From IMG/VR virus record IMGVR_UViG_3300033146_004128, positions 123,665-187,664 of that record: 64,000 nucleotides of DNA; one strand, written 5' to 3'. Made by a program: the position numbers and the translations under genes. The stretch comes from a virus. Positions 26,911 through 37,672 of the stretch are shown in pieces. The notes below the pieces were generated by a model. That model was not told the origin of the DNA, made no database searches, and saw nothing but the letters and a program-made list of their open reading frames with translations. Position 1 is the first letter of the stretch. The number at the start of each line of letters is the position of its first letter.

Positions 26911-28271
26911 TAAAATATTCCTTCATATGCTTTTTCTAGTGAAACATAGTTTATTGATGATGTTATCAGTCCTGCATGAGCTGTTACTGTAACGCCTGTT
27001 ATAAATCCCTGATCACCAATATTTCCTTCTTCAACTGCAGTCTCAACACCTTCAGATGTTATGATTGCTTTCTGCAATGATATCTCTCCACCGGATATAG
27101 TAAGTGGTTCATAAAAACCAATGGCAGTGGCATCAACAACTGCTGTTTTAGCACTAGCGCCCATTATCGCTCTTAACCCCATCATTTCCTGCATCTTTGC
27201 TATAAGTAGTGTCTTTGCTGCAACTGCTGCTGCTCCAACATCAACATCCTCTTCTATGTCCTTGATGTCTTTATCAATCATTCTATCTTTTGCTTTTTTT
27301 ATCTTAAGTAGAGGAACTGTTATTTCATCGTCTCCCATCTTAACCGTAGCTGTATCCCCATCGATATTCATCCCCCCTGCGTTAAAGTCTACTGCTTGAA
27401 GTAATGGTATGCTCTCCATAGTCATTATGGCATTCATTCCAACTGCATTAGATATTCCAGCGCCAGGTAAAGCTCTATGGTTAAGCTTGTTTTTTTCATT
27501 TGCTACAGAGTTAAGTATCGAAAAGTTTGAAACACTATTATCTCCAATAGCTGATTTTTCTCCGACAGCTCCAGTACTTGTTAAGTTTACTATGGTTTCT
27601 TTTTTGATTCTTGTTGTGTCAAAAGATCCACGTATAGAAACAACAGTTTCCGCTTCAACGCTTATGCCTACTGATTTCATACAAGTTACCTCATCAGTAA
27701 GCATAAAACCTTCCTCTTTTTGAATCACTACTATTCCTAATCCAGCATAGATTGTCTGCATTATGACTGCAGGGGTCAATCGTCTTATTTGCAGCATCTG
27801 TGATACTAAATGAGGAGGTGCTCTAAAAAGCTCACCTATTTGTGTAAATGTCTCCTGTGTCGCTCCTGCCATGGATACCGTTCCTGCTGCCCCAACAGCA
27901 GTTAAAAGCTTACTGAAAACATAACCTATGTCTAAAACATTAACTGCTATATTTAGCATGTCTGTCTGTGTAAGTACTCCTGATCCCTCCGATGGGCCAT
28001 CTGGTGTTTTCCCCTTACCTGTCATGTCAACAAGAATTACCTTTTGCAGATCAAGAACAAATTGTGGCATATATGTCTCAAGTATAGCTACCCCGGACCC
28101 ACTAACTGTTTCACTTGAGTTTGCAAGTATCATTCCCTCAGGTGCAGTGTACTCTGAGTCCGGAGATCTCTCAACAGATACAGAATACCACCCACAAAAT
28201 CCGTCAAAGTTTGATTGTATTGTTATTGAATATACTCCAACTCCACCCTCTAATGCATCAGACATAGCCAT
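26910..28271 (-). CDS. putative baseplate/tail protein (453 aa)
   Basis: Long ORF within the contiguous tail operon; no specific motif. Confidence 0.5.
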   Translation of the reverse strand: MAMSDALEGGVGVYSITIQSNFDGFCGWYSVSVERSPDSEYTAPEGMILANSSETVSGSGVAILETYMPQFVLDLQKVILVDMTGKGKTPDGPSEGSGVLTQTDMLNIAVNVLDIGYVFSKLLTAVGAAGTVSMAGATQETFTQIGELFRAPPHLVSQMLQIRRLTPAVIMQTIYAGLGIVVIQKEEGFMLTDEVTCMKSVGISVEAETVVSIRGSFDTTRIKKETIVNLTSTGAVGEKSAIGDNSVSNFSILNSVANEKNKLNHRALPGAGISNAVGMNAIMTMESIPLLQAVDFNAGGMNIDGDTATVKMGDDEITVPLLKIKKAKDRMIDKDIKDIEEDVDVGAAAVAAKTLLIAKMQEMMGLRAIMGASAKTAVVDATAIGFYEPLTISGGEISLQKAIITSEGVETAVEEGNIGDQGFITGVTVTAHAGLITSSINYVSLEKAYEGIF

Positions 28272-28272
28272 C

Positions 28273-29664
28273 TTACCAGCTCCTTACTTTACCTGACGTA
28301 GTGGCACCTACGCCTATGTCGTGCAGTGCATTTTTTACATCTTCTACTGTTGCGCAGTCATTCACTGACGCTAGTAACTGTGGTCTCCTACTGAACTCCG
28401 GGGAGCTTGTAAGCTTTAGGAAGCTTGACGATGTTGACTGTATTGCCATATATTCAGAGTTATCTATGAATACACCTGGGTTTTCTATGAGAAGTCTAGA
28501 TGCAACCATATCGTACACAGTTTTTATGGTTGTTGCCATTCTTCCTCTGGCCATAGAGATGTCTTCCGGGCTTGCTGTGTATCCATGTGGGGATACCGCA
28601 TACAGCATCAAATATTCTCTCTTTAATGACTCTTGGTCCACATCGTCTTTGTCTCCATATAGAACACCATGTATATCCCTTATTGAGTATCTGTCTAGCA
28701 CTGAGTCGTTATTGCCATCTATGGATGGATGAATAAATGATGTTGAATACCCAGGCTGACACTCTTTAGGAATAGATACTACATCTGAAACAAAAGATCC
28801 CAAGGATGTAAGCACTGTCTCTGCAGAATTGTCAGTTGCAACATTTTTTAGGTCTGTTCCAACTATATCCATCCTTGATACGCCTAGGTTAGACAAGTCC
28901 TTCCTTACTACCGCACTATCTATATTACTCTTAGATATTAGGGACTTCTCAGAGGGAGAACTTCTTAACGTTAGGTCTTTGCCTATTACTAATGTAGTCG
29001 GAGATGACGATAGAGTTATTGATCCGTCTTCACCAACATCAATAAAGTTTGATAACACCTTCCTGGTGCTGGCTTTTATCATCTTTCTACTTTTTGATGT
29101 TCCTGCGATCTTGTAGGCAATAATTCTATTTACGGCTGACTCTCTATTTATAGTTGAATCAGAAGAGAGTATAAGTTTCCCATACGCTTTACCCTCTTCC
29201 TTGGTGGAGTAGTTATTTCTGAAATATAATACACTCGGAACCTCTCCATCAAGAAAAGTATCCACAGACGGATCATATTCTCTCTGTATGACAGTGACCC
29301 CAGACTGTCTCCTTACAAACGTTTCTCCAAGCTTGTCTATAAGGTTTGTAGAGATCTCCTTAGGAAGCATGGAGTCAATGCCGTAGACATAATTGTCTCC
29401 AAAAACCGGACTACCCCCATTTGCTATGTCTAGAGATATGCTTCCCTCACTTTTCCATGAGTCTTCTCCTATTACTGTCTTAACCCTACCTATTACAATT
29501 TCTGTTATGGATGTGCTATATTTAATAATAGAGGCAACAGAATTCGATCTCAACTCTATAGACCCCTGTATTAGATTGTCTATGGATGTTGTTATTCCTC
29601 CGACTGATGACTGTATGTAGTCAACTATCGCCTTATACTTGTCAAAATCAAAATTCCTTGCCAT
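28273..29664 (-). CDS. putative baseplate/tail protein (463 aa)
   Basis: Long ORF, SD aggag, contiguous operon. Confidence 0.5.
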   Translation of the reverse strand: MARNFDFDKYKAIVDYIQSSVGGITTSIDNLIQGSIELRSNSVASIIKYSTSITEIVIGRVKTVIGEDSWKSEGSISLDIANGGSPVFGDNYVYGIDSMLPKEISTNLIDKLGETFVRRQSGVTVIQREYDPSVDTFLDGEVPSVLYFRNNYSTKEEGKAYGKLILSSDSTINRESAVNRIIAYKIAGTSKSRKMIKASTRKVLSNFIDVGEDGSITLSSSPTTLVIGKDLTLRSSPSEKSLISKSNIDSAVVRKDLSNLGVSRMDIVGTDLKNVATDNSAETVLTSLGSFVSDVVSIPKECQPGYSTSFIHPSIDGNNDSVLDRYSIRDIHGVLYGDKDDVDQESLKREYLMLYAVSPHGYTASPEDISMARGRMATTIKTVYDMVASRLLIENPGVFIDNSEYMAIQSTSSSFLKLTSSPEFSRRPQLLASVNDCATVEDVKNALHDIGVGATTSGKVRSW

Positions 29665-29676
29665 TACATTCTCCTA

Positions 29677-30354
29677 CTAAACGTTGTTTTTTATATGCTC
29701 ATCTATGTCAAAATCTTCAAATTCAAGCATTGATTTGTTCTCATAAATCTTTCTATCAAGAGCAGGGAACGGTAGAGAGTCTTTAAATACTTGAGATGAT
29801 AGAAGATCGTCAGTTCTCATATTGTATATTGTAGCCTTTTTTGTACCAGGTCGCAACGTATACCATCTTCCATCTTTGAAGTCGCAAGTGAATATGAAAC
29901 CTTTTGAGTTTCTCAATATAAGCTTATCTGATGCAGTTGCTATGATTATCTTAAGGCTTACCTTTCTTGGAAACACCTCAGCATCACGACCTCCACTTTC
30001 TTTTATATCATCGTCATATCCACCACGCTCAAACTTGGCAGCTACCGATGGAAGTTCATACACGTCCCTCATCTCTTCTTTTGCCATAACCTTTCCATGA
30101 ACAATTTCAAGATCGTATGTTGATATAAACACACCTATATTTACAGAGTCTGACTTCTTTGGTGATGTCAGGAAGAATGTTCTCTCATTTTTATCATATT
30201 TCAATCCTGCGATGTGCTTTGTCTTATTCTTATACTTCACTGGTCTTACGTCCATGAAGCCAATAATACTTTTGCCCCTTAGTGCAGATGCTATTCCAGA
30301 TGCTTTGTCCTTGTAAAATTTAGATACTGCTGCGTTCAATACTATGTTTGCCAT
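29677..30354 (-). CDS. hypothetical basic protein (225 aa)
   Basis: ORF abutting its neighbours. Confidence 0.6.
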   Translation of the reverse strand: MANIVLNAAVSKFYKDKASGIASALRGKSIIGFMDVRPVKYKNKTKHIAGLKYDKNERTFFLTSPKKSDSVNIGVFISTYDLEIVHGKVMAKEEMRDVYELPSVAAKFERGGYDDDIKESGGRDAEVFPRKVSLKIIIATASDKLILRNSKGFIFTCDFKDGRWYTLRPGTKKATIYNMRTDDLLSSQVFKDSLPFPALDRKIYENKSMLEFEDFDIDEHIKNNV

Positions 30355-30689
30355 TATTCATATTCCTTATGTGGGTAGTCTATAGTCATTAACCTGTCAT
30401 CAAAAACAGATGATATAGATATTGTAAAGGTACTACCTTTTCGTGTACCATCTCTTGTTGCGGATATTGCAACCATTCCGTCTCCGGATATTATTCCGTT
30501 CATTACCTTAAGACCATACTCATCATTAAAAGCTCCGATTGAGTAGTTTATTAGTCCAGACCTCTGCATCTTAGTAAGAGTATCAAGAGTTTTCTCTATC
30601 AGTCCTATTTCAGTATCAATATTAGAGAACTTTTTTATCTTCCTTAGCACTCCTGATGCTTCCATTGCAGTTAGTTCACTTTTAGCCAT
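30354..30689 (-). CDS. hypothetical protein (111 aa)
   Basis: SD aaggaa; overlaps its neighbours. Confidence 0.6.
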   Translation of the reverse strand: MAKSELTAMEASGVLRKIKKFSNIDTEIGLIEKTLDTLTKMQRSGLINYSIGAFNDEYGLKVMNGIISGDGMVAISATRDGTRKGSTFTISISSVFDDRLMTIDYPHKEYE

Positions 30690-30906
30690 CTGTATTCCTT
30701 CTCTTGTATGTTACTATCTTTGTCAAAATACCAGTCTGATCCCAGTTCTCTTCAACATCAACAAGCTCAAGGTCAGGAGATTGCTCTATGGTTGTGAGAA
30801 GGTCTGCGTATACAGTTGCCTCTGTATGATCATCAAATACATACATCTGAGAGTGAAAACTATACCTACTCTTCTTAGGGTTTATTCTGTCTCTCAGCCA
30901 ATTCAT
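30682..30906 (-). CDS. hypothetical protein (74 aa)
   Basis: ATGA-type overlap with the upstream gene. Confidence 0.55.
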   Translation of the reverse strand: MNWLRDRINPKKSRYSFHSQMYVFDDHTEATVYADLLTTIEQSPDLELVDVEENWDQTGILTKIVTYKRRNTDG

Positions 30907-31100
30907 TTCTTTCTCGAAATTGTTTGCTCTATCAGGCCAAAGAATCTTGACATCTTTGCATATATCTTTGGACTACACTGGTATAGTCTTCTTTTTATCA
31001 ACTGAAGTTCCGTAAGAGATATATTATCTCCAAACCATTCAGTACGGTTCTCTTCCATAAATTGTCTCAGTTTTGTGCATGATATATTTATAAAGTCCAT
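30903..31100 (-). CDS. hypothetical protein (65 aa)
   Basis: SD gaggggg upstream; operon context. Confidence 0.55.
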   Translation of the reverse strand: MDFINISCTKLRQFMEENRTEWFGDNISLTELQLIKRRLYQCSPKIYAKMSRFFGLIEQTISRKK

Positions 31101-31118
31101 ATTTGTTCCCCCTCTCTA

Positions 31119-31349
31119 TTATGTTGTAACAACAGTGGTTACGTCAGCAAGTATACCATATATTCTCTTGGAATGCCCCTTTGCAAGCATGTATGCGCAT
31201 ATTCCAACTACATCACCATGCGTTGCTGCATCTTTCCCTGATAGTGGTCTTCGAGCTGATGACTCAGCATCAATAAACATTGTCTTTGTTTTTGACATAG
31301 AGCTCATTTCTGGACCGGTTACTATTCCTATTTGTTTCTTAAACTTCAT
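31119..31349 (-). CDS. hypothetical protein (76 aa)
   Basis: SD gaagga; operon context. Confidence 0.55.
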   Translation of the reverse strand: MKFKKQIGIVTGPEMSSMSKTKTMFIDAESSARRPLSGKDAATHGDVVGICAYMLAKGHSKRIYGILADVTTVVTT

Positions 31350-31352
31350 ATA

Positions 31353-34300
31353 TTATCCTTCCTCTATAAGTAGTGTTGACACAACTTTTCCATCAATCTC
31401 TTCTGTTCCCCATGTAAGGGTTGGGTTATTTACAGGTGTTGCTCCCAGTGGTATCCCTCCTCCTCCACTAGCTAGTCCAGCCATATACTCAATTTTTGAT
31501 ATGCTATTACTGATATAGGTTCCCAGGTCAGAAGACGTGTGTATTGCTCTTATGCTAGTAACGATATCATCCTTCCACGTGAAAGAGTTATGAGCTCCTA
31601 TGTGCCCTACCCATGAAACGAAGACAGAGTAAGGAAGTATCTCATCAGCAAACTCATCCGCCTCAAAAATTAGTCCGATGATCTTGTTGAAGTTTTCTTC
31701 CCAATCATCATATGCGATACTGTCTTTGTTCTCTATGAAGTACAATAGAACTTTCAAGAAAACAGTTATCAGCGGAGAGTATATACTTTCATCCTGATCT
31801 GCCTCTCCTGAATATACACTAGACTCAAGCATCATTGAAGCAAGCTCATACGGAGATAGTGAATCAAAACTCTGGTAGAACGACTGTAGGTATACTCTAG
31901 CACTGTTTATGGACACGATGCTTCCATCATCAGCTATCTCTATGGCATCAGTAAGTAGAGCTAGTACTGACTCATTATATTTCTTGGAATACCCATTAGG
32001 TGAGTGATTCAATGCTAGGTCTACATTCGTAGAAAAGAAACCTGTTCTTACAAGCTCTCCATACAGCCTATCTTCTATCCCAGTATCATCAGGTATTTGT
32101 ATGCTAATGACTTTTCCAAGGGACACATCTGTGCCTTCCATGAGCCATTGCCCATCATTGAAGGTTGCACGTGATGGAGACGGAGGATCATATAGTGAGG
32201 ACTCAGGAAACGTAAGTGCATGTATTGAACCTGTAAGATGAAAAATAAGCTGACCTTCGGTAACTGTGGTCCCAAGAGCGTAGTTTTTTGACTGAAGAGC
32301 AAGGGCTTGGTTTCTCATGTTCCTGAAATACAACTTTGACATTGTTACTGTTGCATCTATGGGTATGCCACCTATTCCGTAGTTATTCTCAGGTGCAGCC
32401 TCCGGCTCATTAACGCCAAAAACAAAGTCTGCAAATTTATCATCACTATAGAACCCAGACAATTTTGATGCATCCACTACGTATGCTCCTGCCAAGGCTA
32501 TAAACCTTTGTTCCCGCAGTCCATCATCTATTTGCATTGCAAGCTCCATTAGGTACTTGTATACTTCATCTACATCATTTTCACTTAGTTGTGGAAGAAG
32601 CGCATAATTAATAAACCCTTCAAGAACTTCATTTCCCAGTATTCTTCGTATCTCCTCTATATCATCAGCGTTAAATGTATCTAGGCGAATTGGCATGGTC
32701 GCCACATCTCCAACTTGGTTATATGACTCAGTGTCCTCTTTGAGTAAGCTGTATAGGGACTCATACTTTTGACCAACATTTGGTATTCTATTTTCAAGAG
32801 CAGTGGAAAATGATGCAGTATCATCTTGCAGTACCAGCCTCTCGTAGTCTCTTGGAGATATAGTTAAGACAGCAACACCTATTGTAGACTTTGCAGCAAT
32901 ACTATTTGCTCCCGCCTCAACAAAGAACCATCTATTGGACTTTGCTTGCGGAGTAGCATACATTGGATATATTGCTTCAGGGAAGTTTCTTCTTGCCGGT
33001 GATACTAAATCAGAAGCGGATGCTATCCTACTCTCTTCAGATCTGACTATAGTTTCAAACCTTGGTGCAACAGTAGACACGGGTGGAACAAAATTGTTTG
33101 TATTGTCTACTAGTGTAGGAACTTGTGGGATCATCATATACGAATCAGAGAATGCCATCCCTGAAGACACTATCTTGTTTATATCCTCATTATTTAGAGG
33201 TTCACGAATATTTGTAATTATTCCACCATCTTTTTTAAGCTGTGGCAATGATTCACTTCCTATTGTTGGAAGACCTCTAAGATCATATCTTAAAAGAGTA
33301 TCTCTGTCGATAGGAGTAACATAGTTGAACTCACCAGACGTAGAGACAGTGAATGATGTCCCTGGTGACGAAGCTACAAGGGTTATGAGTGATGAAGAGT
33401 ATGACGCTATAACATCTGACTGATCAGCGTTTATTCCAGCAGTAAGAGCCTGTGCTAGGGTTGCTTCGTCTACTATGTACTCATTTCCCTGAAGGCTAGG
33501 ATCTATCTCTACTCTTGTGCTATTTATCTCTATGTAATATGTATTATCTGGGTTAAATTTGATTATCTCAACTGTACCCTTCTGAGCTGTAGCTGCAGAA
33601 AAATCAGACACATGAATATACTCATACTTCTCTGCTTCTAGTGTTGACACAGTTACTGTCTGGTCAGAAGATGCTTCAATAATAATCTTCGAAGCACCTA
33701 TCTCAAGTTGTACACTATCTGCTGTGGAGTATTCATCTCCAGTATCAAACCCAGGCATAACAACAACTCTTATGTCTACATCTTGGAACGCATTAACAAG
33801 ATCTCGTATGTCTGCTATTGTTGGGTATACAGGGTCAAATCCATCATGCTCAAATGTTATCAATATCTTCTCTGGATTTGAAGCGTCCTGCTCTATCGTT
33901 AGGTCGCCTTCCTCTGTAGGCACAATCATCTCAACTTCATATGACAGGGAGTCGTCAGAATTCTTTGCATACCACCCGAATACTTTGTCTCCTGCTCCAT
34001 TTTCGAACACAGTTGACCAATATCCAGTGTCTAGAGACACAGACAGATTTGCATCTGCTCCAAGTTCGTCAGATAATCCAGTTGCTATGTCTTCTGCAGT
34101 GTCGGGCGATGATGATGAATATGTATAGTCAACCCCACCAACATTTACAGTATAATCATTCTCGTAGTTTAAAATAACTGTTAGCTCATCACGGTATAGA
34201 GATGCACTTGCTGATGCCTCTATCTCTTGGTAGTCGGCTATCTTTGACCCTGAACCTTTTAGCTCACCGTCCGAAATATCCTGCTCTATAAATGACACGT

Positions 34301-34946
34301 CTGCATATGATATAACTATGTTTTTTAGAGAATTATCTATTGTCAGCTTTATAATATCAACATTGTCTGATCCTATATTTGGGACGTATCTAGTAATAAA
34401 CGAGTCTATGTTTAATATTCCATCAGGGTCAGACATGCTTGCTGACTCTATCTCTATGAATGGGACTGTAACATCACTACTGCTTTTTGGCATAGCCGAG
34501 CTAGATGATGATATTTCTGCTTTTGTTACAGTGTTTGACGAGTTAAGGTACCCACCAGTAATTGCGCTCTGCTCAACACTTGAAACACTTATATAAGCAT
34601 TCTCCATCTCCTGTTCTATTTTAGATATTGTCCACGCTGGAGACCCGGTTTCTCCATCTACGTATTTTTCTGCAACTATGGTAAGATTGCTACCAATGGT
34701 CCTGAACTCATCGCCATCTGTAAATTGGTTTGAGTCGATCAATTCAAGTACATTTTCGACCCTCGAAGTAATTATCTTTTCTTTCATAGTGCTTACAGCC
34801 TCCATCATATAGTTTCTTTTATCACTAGTTATTTTGTTAATCAAGTTGTCGTACTCGCCAATAAGCGAGTCGACTGCATCATCTACTGATCCCAGAGAAT
34901 AGCCGGAAGCTAAATTCTCCAGTAGCCAATCATTATCGATAGCCAT
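31353..34946 (-). CDS. large acidic virion structural protein (1197 aa)
   Basis: Contains Ig-like inserts of the type seen in sheath/fibre proteins (YTVNVGGVDYTY...DIATGL; ATLAQALTAGINA...ITLVASSPGTSFTV). Confidence 0.55.
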   Translation of the reverse strand: MAIDNDWLLENLASGYSLGSVDDAVDSLIGEYDNLINKITSDKRNYMMEAVSTMKEKIITSRVENVLELIDSNQFTDGDEFRTIGSNLTIVAEKYVDGETGSPAWTISKIEQEMENAYISVSSVEQSAITGGYLNSSNTVTKAEISSSSSAMPKSSSDVTVPFIEIESASMSDPDGILNIDSFITRYVPNIGSDNVDIIKLTIDNSLKNIVISYADVSFIEQDISDGELKGSGSKIADYQEIEASASASLYRDELTVILNYENDYTVNVGGVDYTYSSSSPDTAEDIATGLSDELGADANLSVSLDTGYWSTVFENGAGDKVFGWYAKNSDDSLSYEVEMIVPTEEGDLTIEQDASNPEKILITFEHDGFDPVYPTIADIRDLVNAFQDVDIRVVVMPGFDTGDEYSTADSVQLEIGASKIIIEASSDQTVTVSTLEAEKYEYIHVSDFSAATAQKGTVEIIKFNPDNTYYIEINSTRVEIDPSLQGNEYIVDEATLAQALTAGINADQSDVIASYSSSLITLVASSPGTSFTVSTSGEFNYVTPIDRDTLLRYDLRGLPTIGSESLPQLKKDGGIITNIREPLNNEDINKIVSSGMAFSDSYMMIPQVPTLVDNTNNFVPPVSTVAPRFETIVRSEESRIASASDLVSPARRNFPEAIYPMYATPQAKSNRWFFVEAGANSIAAKSTIGVAVLTISPRDYERLVLQDDTASFSTALENRIPNVGQKYESLYSLLKEDTESYNQVGDVATMPIRLDTFNADDIEEIRRILGNEVLEGFINYALLPQLSENDVDEVYKYLMELAMQIDDGLREQRFIALAGAYVVDASKLSGFYSDDKFADFVFGVNEPEAAPENNYGIGGIPIDATVTMSKLYFRNMRNQALALQSKNYALGTTVTEGQLIFHLTGSIHALTFPESSLYDPPSPSRATFNDGQWLMEGTDVSLGKVISIQIPDDTGIEDRLYGELVRTGFFSTNVDLALNHSPNGYSKKYNESVLALLTDAIEIADDGSIVSINSARVYLQSFYQSFDSLSPYELASMMLESSVYSGEADQDESIYSPLITVFLKVLLYFIENKDSIAYDDWEENFNKIIGLIFEADEFADEILPYSVFVSWVGHIGAHNSFTWKDDIVTSIRAIHTSSDLGTYISNSISKIEYMAGLASGGGGIPLGATPVNNPTLTWGTEEIDGKVVSTLLIEEG

Positions 34947-36742
34947 TAGTTTTCCTCTAGTGTCTCTAGTCTAGTAAATATATCTGCCATCTTTTGCTTA
35001 TAGTCAGCATTTAAGGCACGCACTGTCTCTGATGTTTTTTTAGATAAATCCGAAACAGTCTGAACTGCATCTGAAATATCAATTACCATCTCTGCTGCTT
35101 TTGTATGTAGCAATGCAGTATCCATGTCTCTATACACTACTTCAGGAGGAAGCAATGAGGCATCTAGCTCATCAGTTACCTCTGCATAGTGAAGAGTGAA
35201 GTCTTTCGCATTTCTGATGTATAGTGCCACTCTACCTGCGCTATATCCAGTCTCTTCGATAGACAAGTGTTTGAACGGTGCATCTTGTGCAAAGTCCCCA
35301 TTTATCTTTCTGAATCTTAGAGTTTTTCCGAATGGGCCAAATGATATAATCATCTCATACTTTTCATTCTCGTCAGACGTGATAAACGACTCAGATACAG
35401 GCATATGTCCAGTAGCGGTATAAGGATTGTAGTCTGAACCCTTAAGGTCAAAACACATGTCTCCTCCATTGTCGACTTTTGCAAGTATTGCGCCTTTTAT
35501 TGCACCACGTATCCCTGTAAAGACAGTGTCGTATCCATCTCTACCTACTATAATAGGCTCAACTGATCCATCTGCAGCAGTGTATTTGTGGTACGTTTGA
35601 TCAAGTGAATCATTCTGTATTCCGCCCATGATGTTTATGCCTGTAATATCTCTAAGCATAGGGAACATGTCGTATGTATCATCTGACGATGAGGTACTTC
35701 TTGAGTCACCAATCTTGTTCCCAACTATATCATCAAGATATGCAGGTGCCGTACCAACAACAACAATACTTCTGTCTTTCAGTACAACAATAGAGAATGT
35801 CTCCCCTGCAATAACATCAATAGGCTGAGATCCTGCAGGAATAGATGTAACCTCTTCAGTTCCTGAGATACCTGATCCCCACTGATACACCTTGCCATCC
35901 TCGGCAAGCATAACATTTCTGTTGGCGCCTGAGCTAACCTTTAGAGATTTCTGACTAGGAACCGTTGTTCCTGAACCATGAAGTGTTCCATTAAGTTCTG
36001 TTGTTATGAGGTAGTCTTCTCCTGCAGTGATCGCAACTGATACATGGTTGATGCCTGATGTATCAAGAGAGCCTGTTGTCTCTATGGTTCCGTCTCTCTT
36101 GAGAATGGATACAAAGCTTTCGCCTGACGCAATACTGATAGGTCTGTCATTCTCATCAAAGTTAACACATGAGTCTGGTATAGCTATTGTTCCACTATGA
36201 TCATCTCCATACATCTCAACAGCACCACCAACTCTCATCACTACAGTGTATCCATCTCCACACGCAACCATCTCTACTGTCTCTGGAGATAGTATGTCAA
36301 GTTGTCCGTATGTATTGTCTCCTGATGTTCCTATGCATGTTCCTGTCTTGACCACTGAATGAGTGCTTGATGCATCTGCGCCATAGAACTTATCACATTG
36401 ATATTTTGACATAGATAGACAGTCAGGAGCACCTTCACATGAAGAACTGAATGTATCACCCTTCCATTCGACAGATGTTCCGTTATCAACAAGTGCAGCA
36501 AATCTTCCTGCTGCCCCAGCTCCAAATAGACCTGATCGGGCAGCAGTTGTGTACGGAGATGCACTAAACACAAGCCGTACTGACTTGTTCCCAGATGTAA
36601 AATCAAAAGCATCTCTAGATACTATCGCAACATCATAGTCTCCAGACCTTGTATTATCTATAGAGATTCCCCCATCCTGAGTAACTTGAGCCAAGTTACT
36701 ATTCGTGACGAAGTCATTTCCTGTTAAAAGTGTAGAACCCAT
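34946..36742 (-). CDS. RCC1/BLIP-II repeat beta-propeller protein with C-terminal coiled coil (598 aa)
   Basis: Five RCC1-like blades: VACGDGYTVVMRVGG, IASGESFVSILKRDG, ITAGEDYLITTELNG, VSSGANRNVMLAEDG, VIAGETFSIVVLKDR. Confidence 0.72.
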   Translation of the reverse strand: MGSTLLTGNDFVTNSNLAQVTQDGGISIDNTRSGDYDVAIVSRDAFDFTSGNKSVRLVFSASPYTTAARSGLFGAGAAGRFAALVDNGTSVEWKGDTFSSSCEGAPDCLSMSKYQCDKFYGADASSTHSVVKTGTCIGTSGDNTYGQLDILSPETVEMVACGDGYTVVMRVGGAVEMYGDDHSGTIAIPDSCVNFDENDRPISIASGESFVSILKRDGTIETTGSLDTSGINHVSVAITAGEDYLITTELNGTLHGSGTTVPSQKSLKVSSGANRNVMLAEDGKVYQWGSGISGTEEVTSIPAGSQPIDVIAGETFSIVVLKDRSIVVVGTAPAYLDDIVGNKIGDSRSTSSSDDTYDMFPMLRDITGINIMGGIQNDSLDQTYHKYTAADGSVEPIIVGRDGYDTVFTGIRGAIKGAILAKVDNGGDMCFDLKGSDYNPYTATGHMPVSESFITSDENEKYEMIISFGPFGKTLRFRKINGDFAQDAPFKHLSIEETGYSAGRVALYIRNAKDFTLHYAEVTDELDASLLPPEVVYRDMDTALLHTKAAEMVIDISDAVQTVSDLSKKTSETVRALNADYKQKMADIFTRLETLEEN

Positions 36743-36752
36743 AGTCTTCTCC

Positions 36753-37124
36753 TTAGATATCTATTTTGTTTTGAATGTCTGCTATAACAACATCAGCAAG
36801 TTTTGTAGCAATAGTAGATAGGTGCTCAAAGTCTGAGTTTCCTAATTCTTTTGCGATCTTAATGATGTCGTCAGTAGTATCTGCGTTCTCCATGTCTGTT
36901 GCGATCTTCTCAAGCATATTTGACATAGATAGTCCTTCTGCACCTATTTCTCCTGCAATTTCACTTGCAACAATATTTGCATCTTCTGCTGTCTTTGACA
37001 GATGATCTCCAGATAGCCTCTCTCTTAGTGACTTGAGCCCGGCAGTCTTGCTAAGTGCAGACTTTTGAGCCTTCTCTTCTGCTATAGATGATACTAGATC
37101 AGATACGTTTATTTCGTTTTTCAT
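36753..37124 (-). CDS. small acidic K-x-A protein (123 aa)
   Basis: LSKTAG, LSKTAE, LEKIAT, IIKIAK, ATKLAD. Confidence 0.7.
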   Translation of the reverse strand: MKNEINVSDLVSSIAEEKAQKSALSKTAGLKSLRERLSGDHLSKTAEDANIVASEIAGEIGAEGLSMSNMLEKIATDMENADTTDDIIKIAKELGNSDFEHLSTIATKLADVVIADIQNKIDI

Positions 37125-37138
37125 TTTATTTTCCTTTG

Positions 37139-37672
37139 TTAGTTTTGAATTGAGTAGAACCCGTCTACTTTTAAGAATACTGTGCCTAGGACACTACACG
37201 ATATAAGTGAAGAGTCAGTGCTCTCAGCCAGCCCGGACTTACCCCAACTAATAAATTCAGCGCCGATTATGTTTGGATGCATCTTGGATACTATTGTCAT
37301 TCCAGTTGTCAGTATTGCTTCCATGACCAATCCTCCTAGTTTTTCTGCCTCAAGATATGAGTTTCCGTAGCATGTAAACTCTATTGGGTACTCAAGCATA
37401 TGTGCTGTGTGAGACTCGAATGTATCAAGTGATTGATTAACAATTCCTCTTTCACTAAGCATTAAAGATCTTGGGACATGAGATAGTCCACCTCTTTCTA
37501 CGACTATAAGGGGAGCCCTATTCAGATTCTGCTTTATGCCATTCTTTATCTCGACAGCAGATGGGTCAATATTATACGACTCAAGACCCGTTGATATTAT
37601 CTTCTTGTACGTAGCGAGCACGTCTCTGTATAAACTAAGTCTCTCGTCTGTAGCATCAGCCCTTAGAAACAT
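37139..37672 (-). CDS. putative tail terminator/completion protein (177 aa)
   Basis: PLIVVERG...IEFTCYGNSYLEAEKLGGLV pattern typical of gpU-like tail completion proteins. Confidence 0.5.
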   Translation of the reverse strand: MFLRADATDERLSLYRDVLATYKKIISTGLESYNIDPSAVEIKNGIKQNLNRAPLIVVERGGLSHVPRSLMLSERGIVNQSLDTFESHTAHMLEYPIEFTCYGNSYLEAEKLGGLVMEAILTTGMTIVSKMHPNIIGAEFISWGKSGLAESTDSSLISCSVLGTVFLKVDGFYSIQN

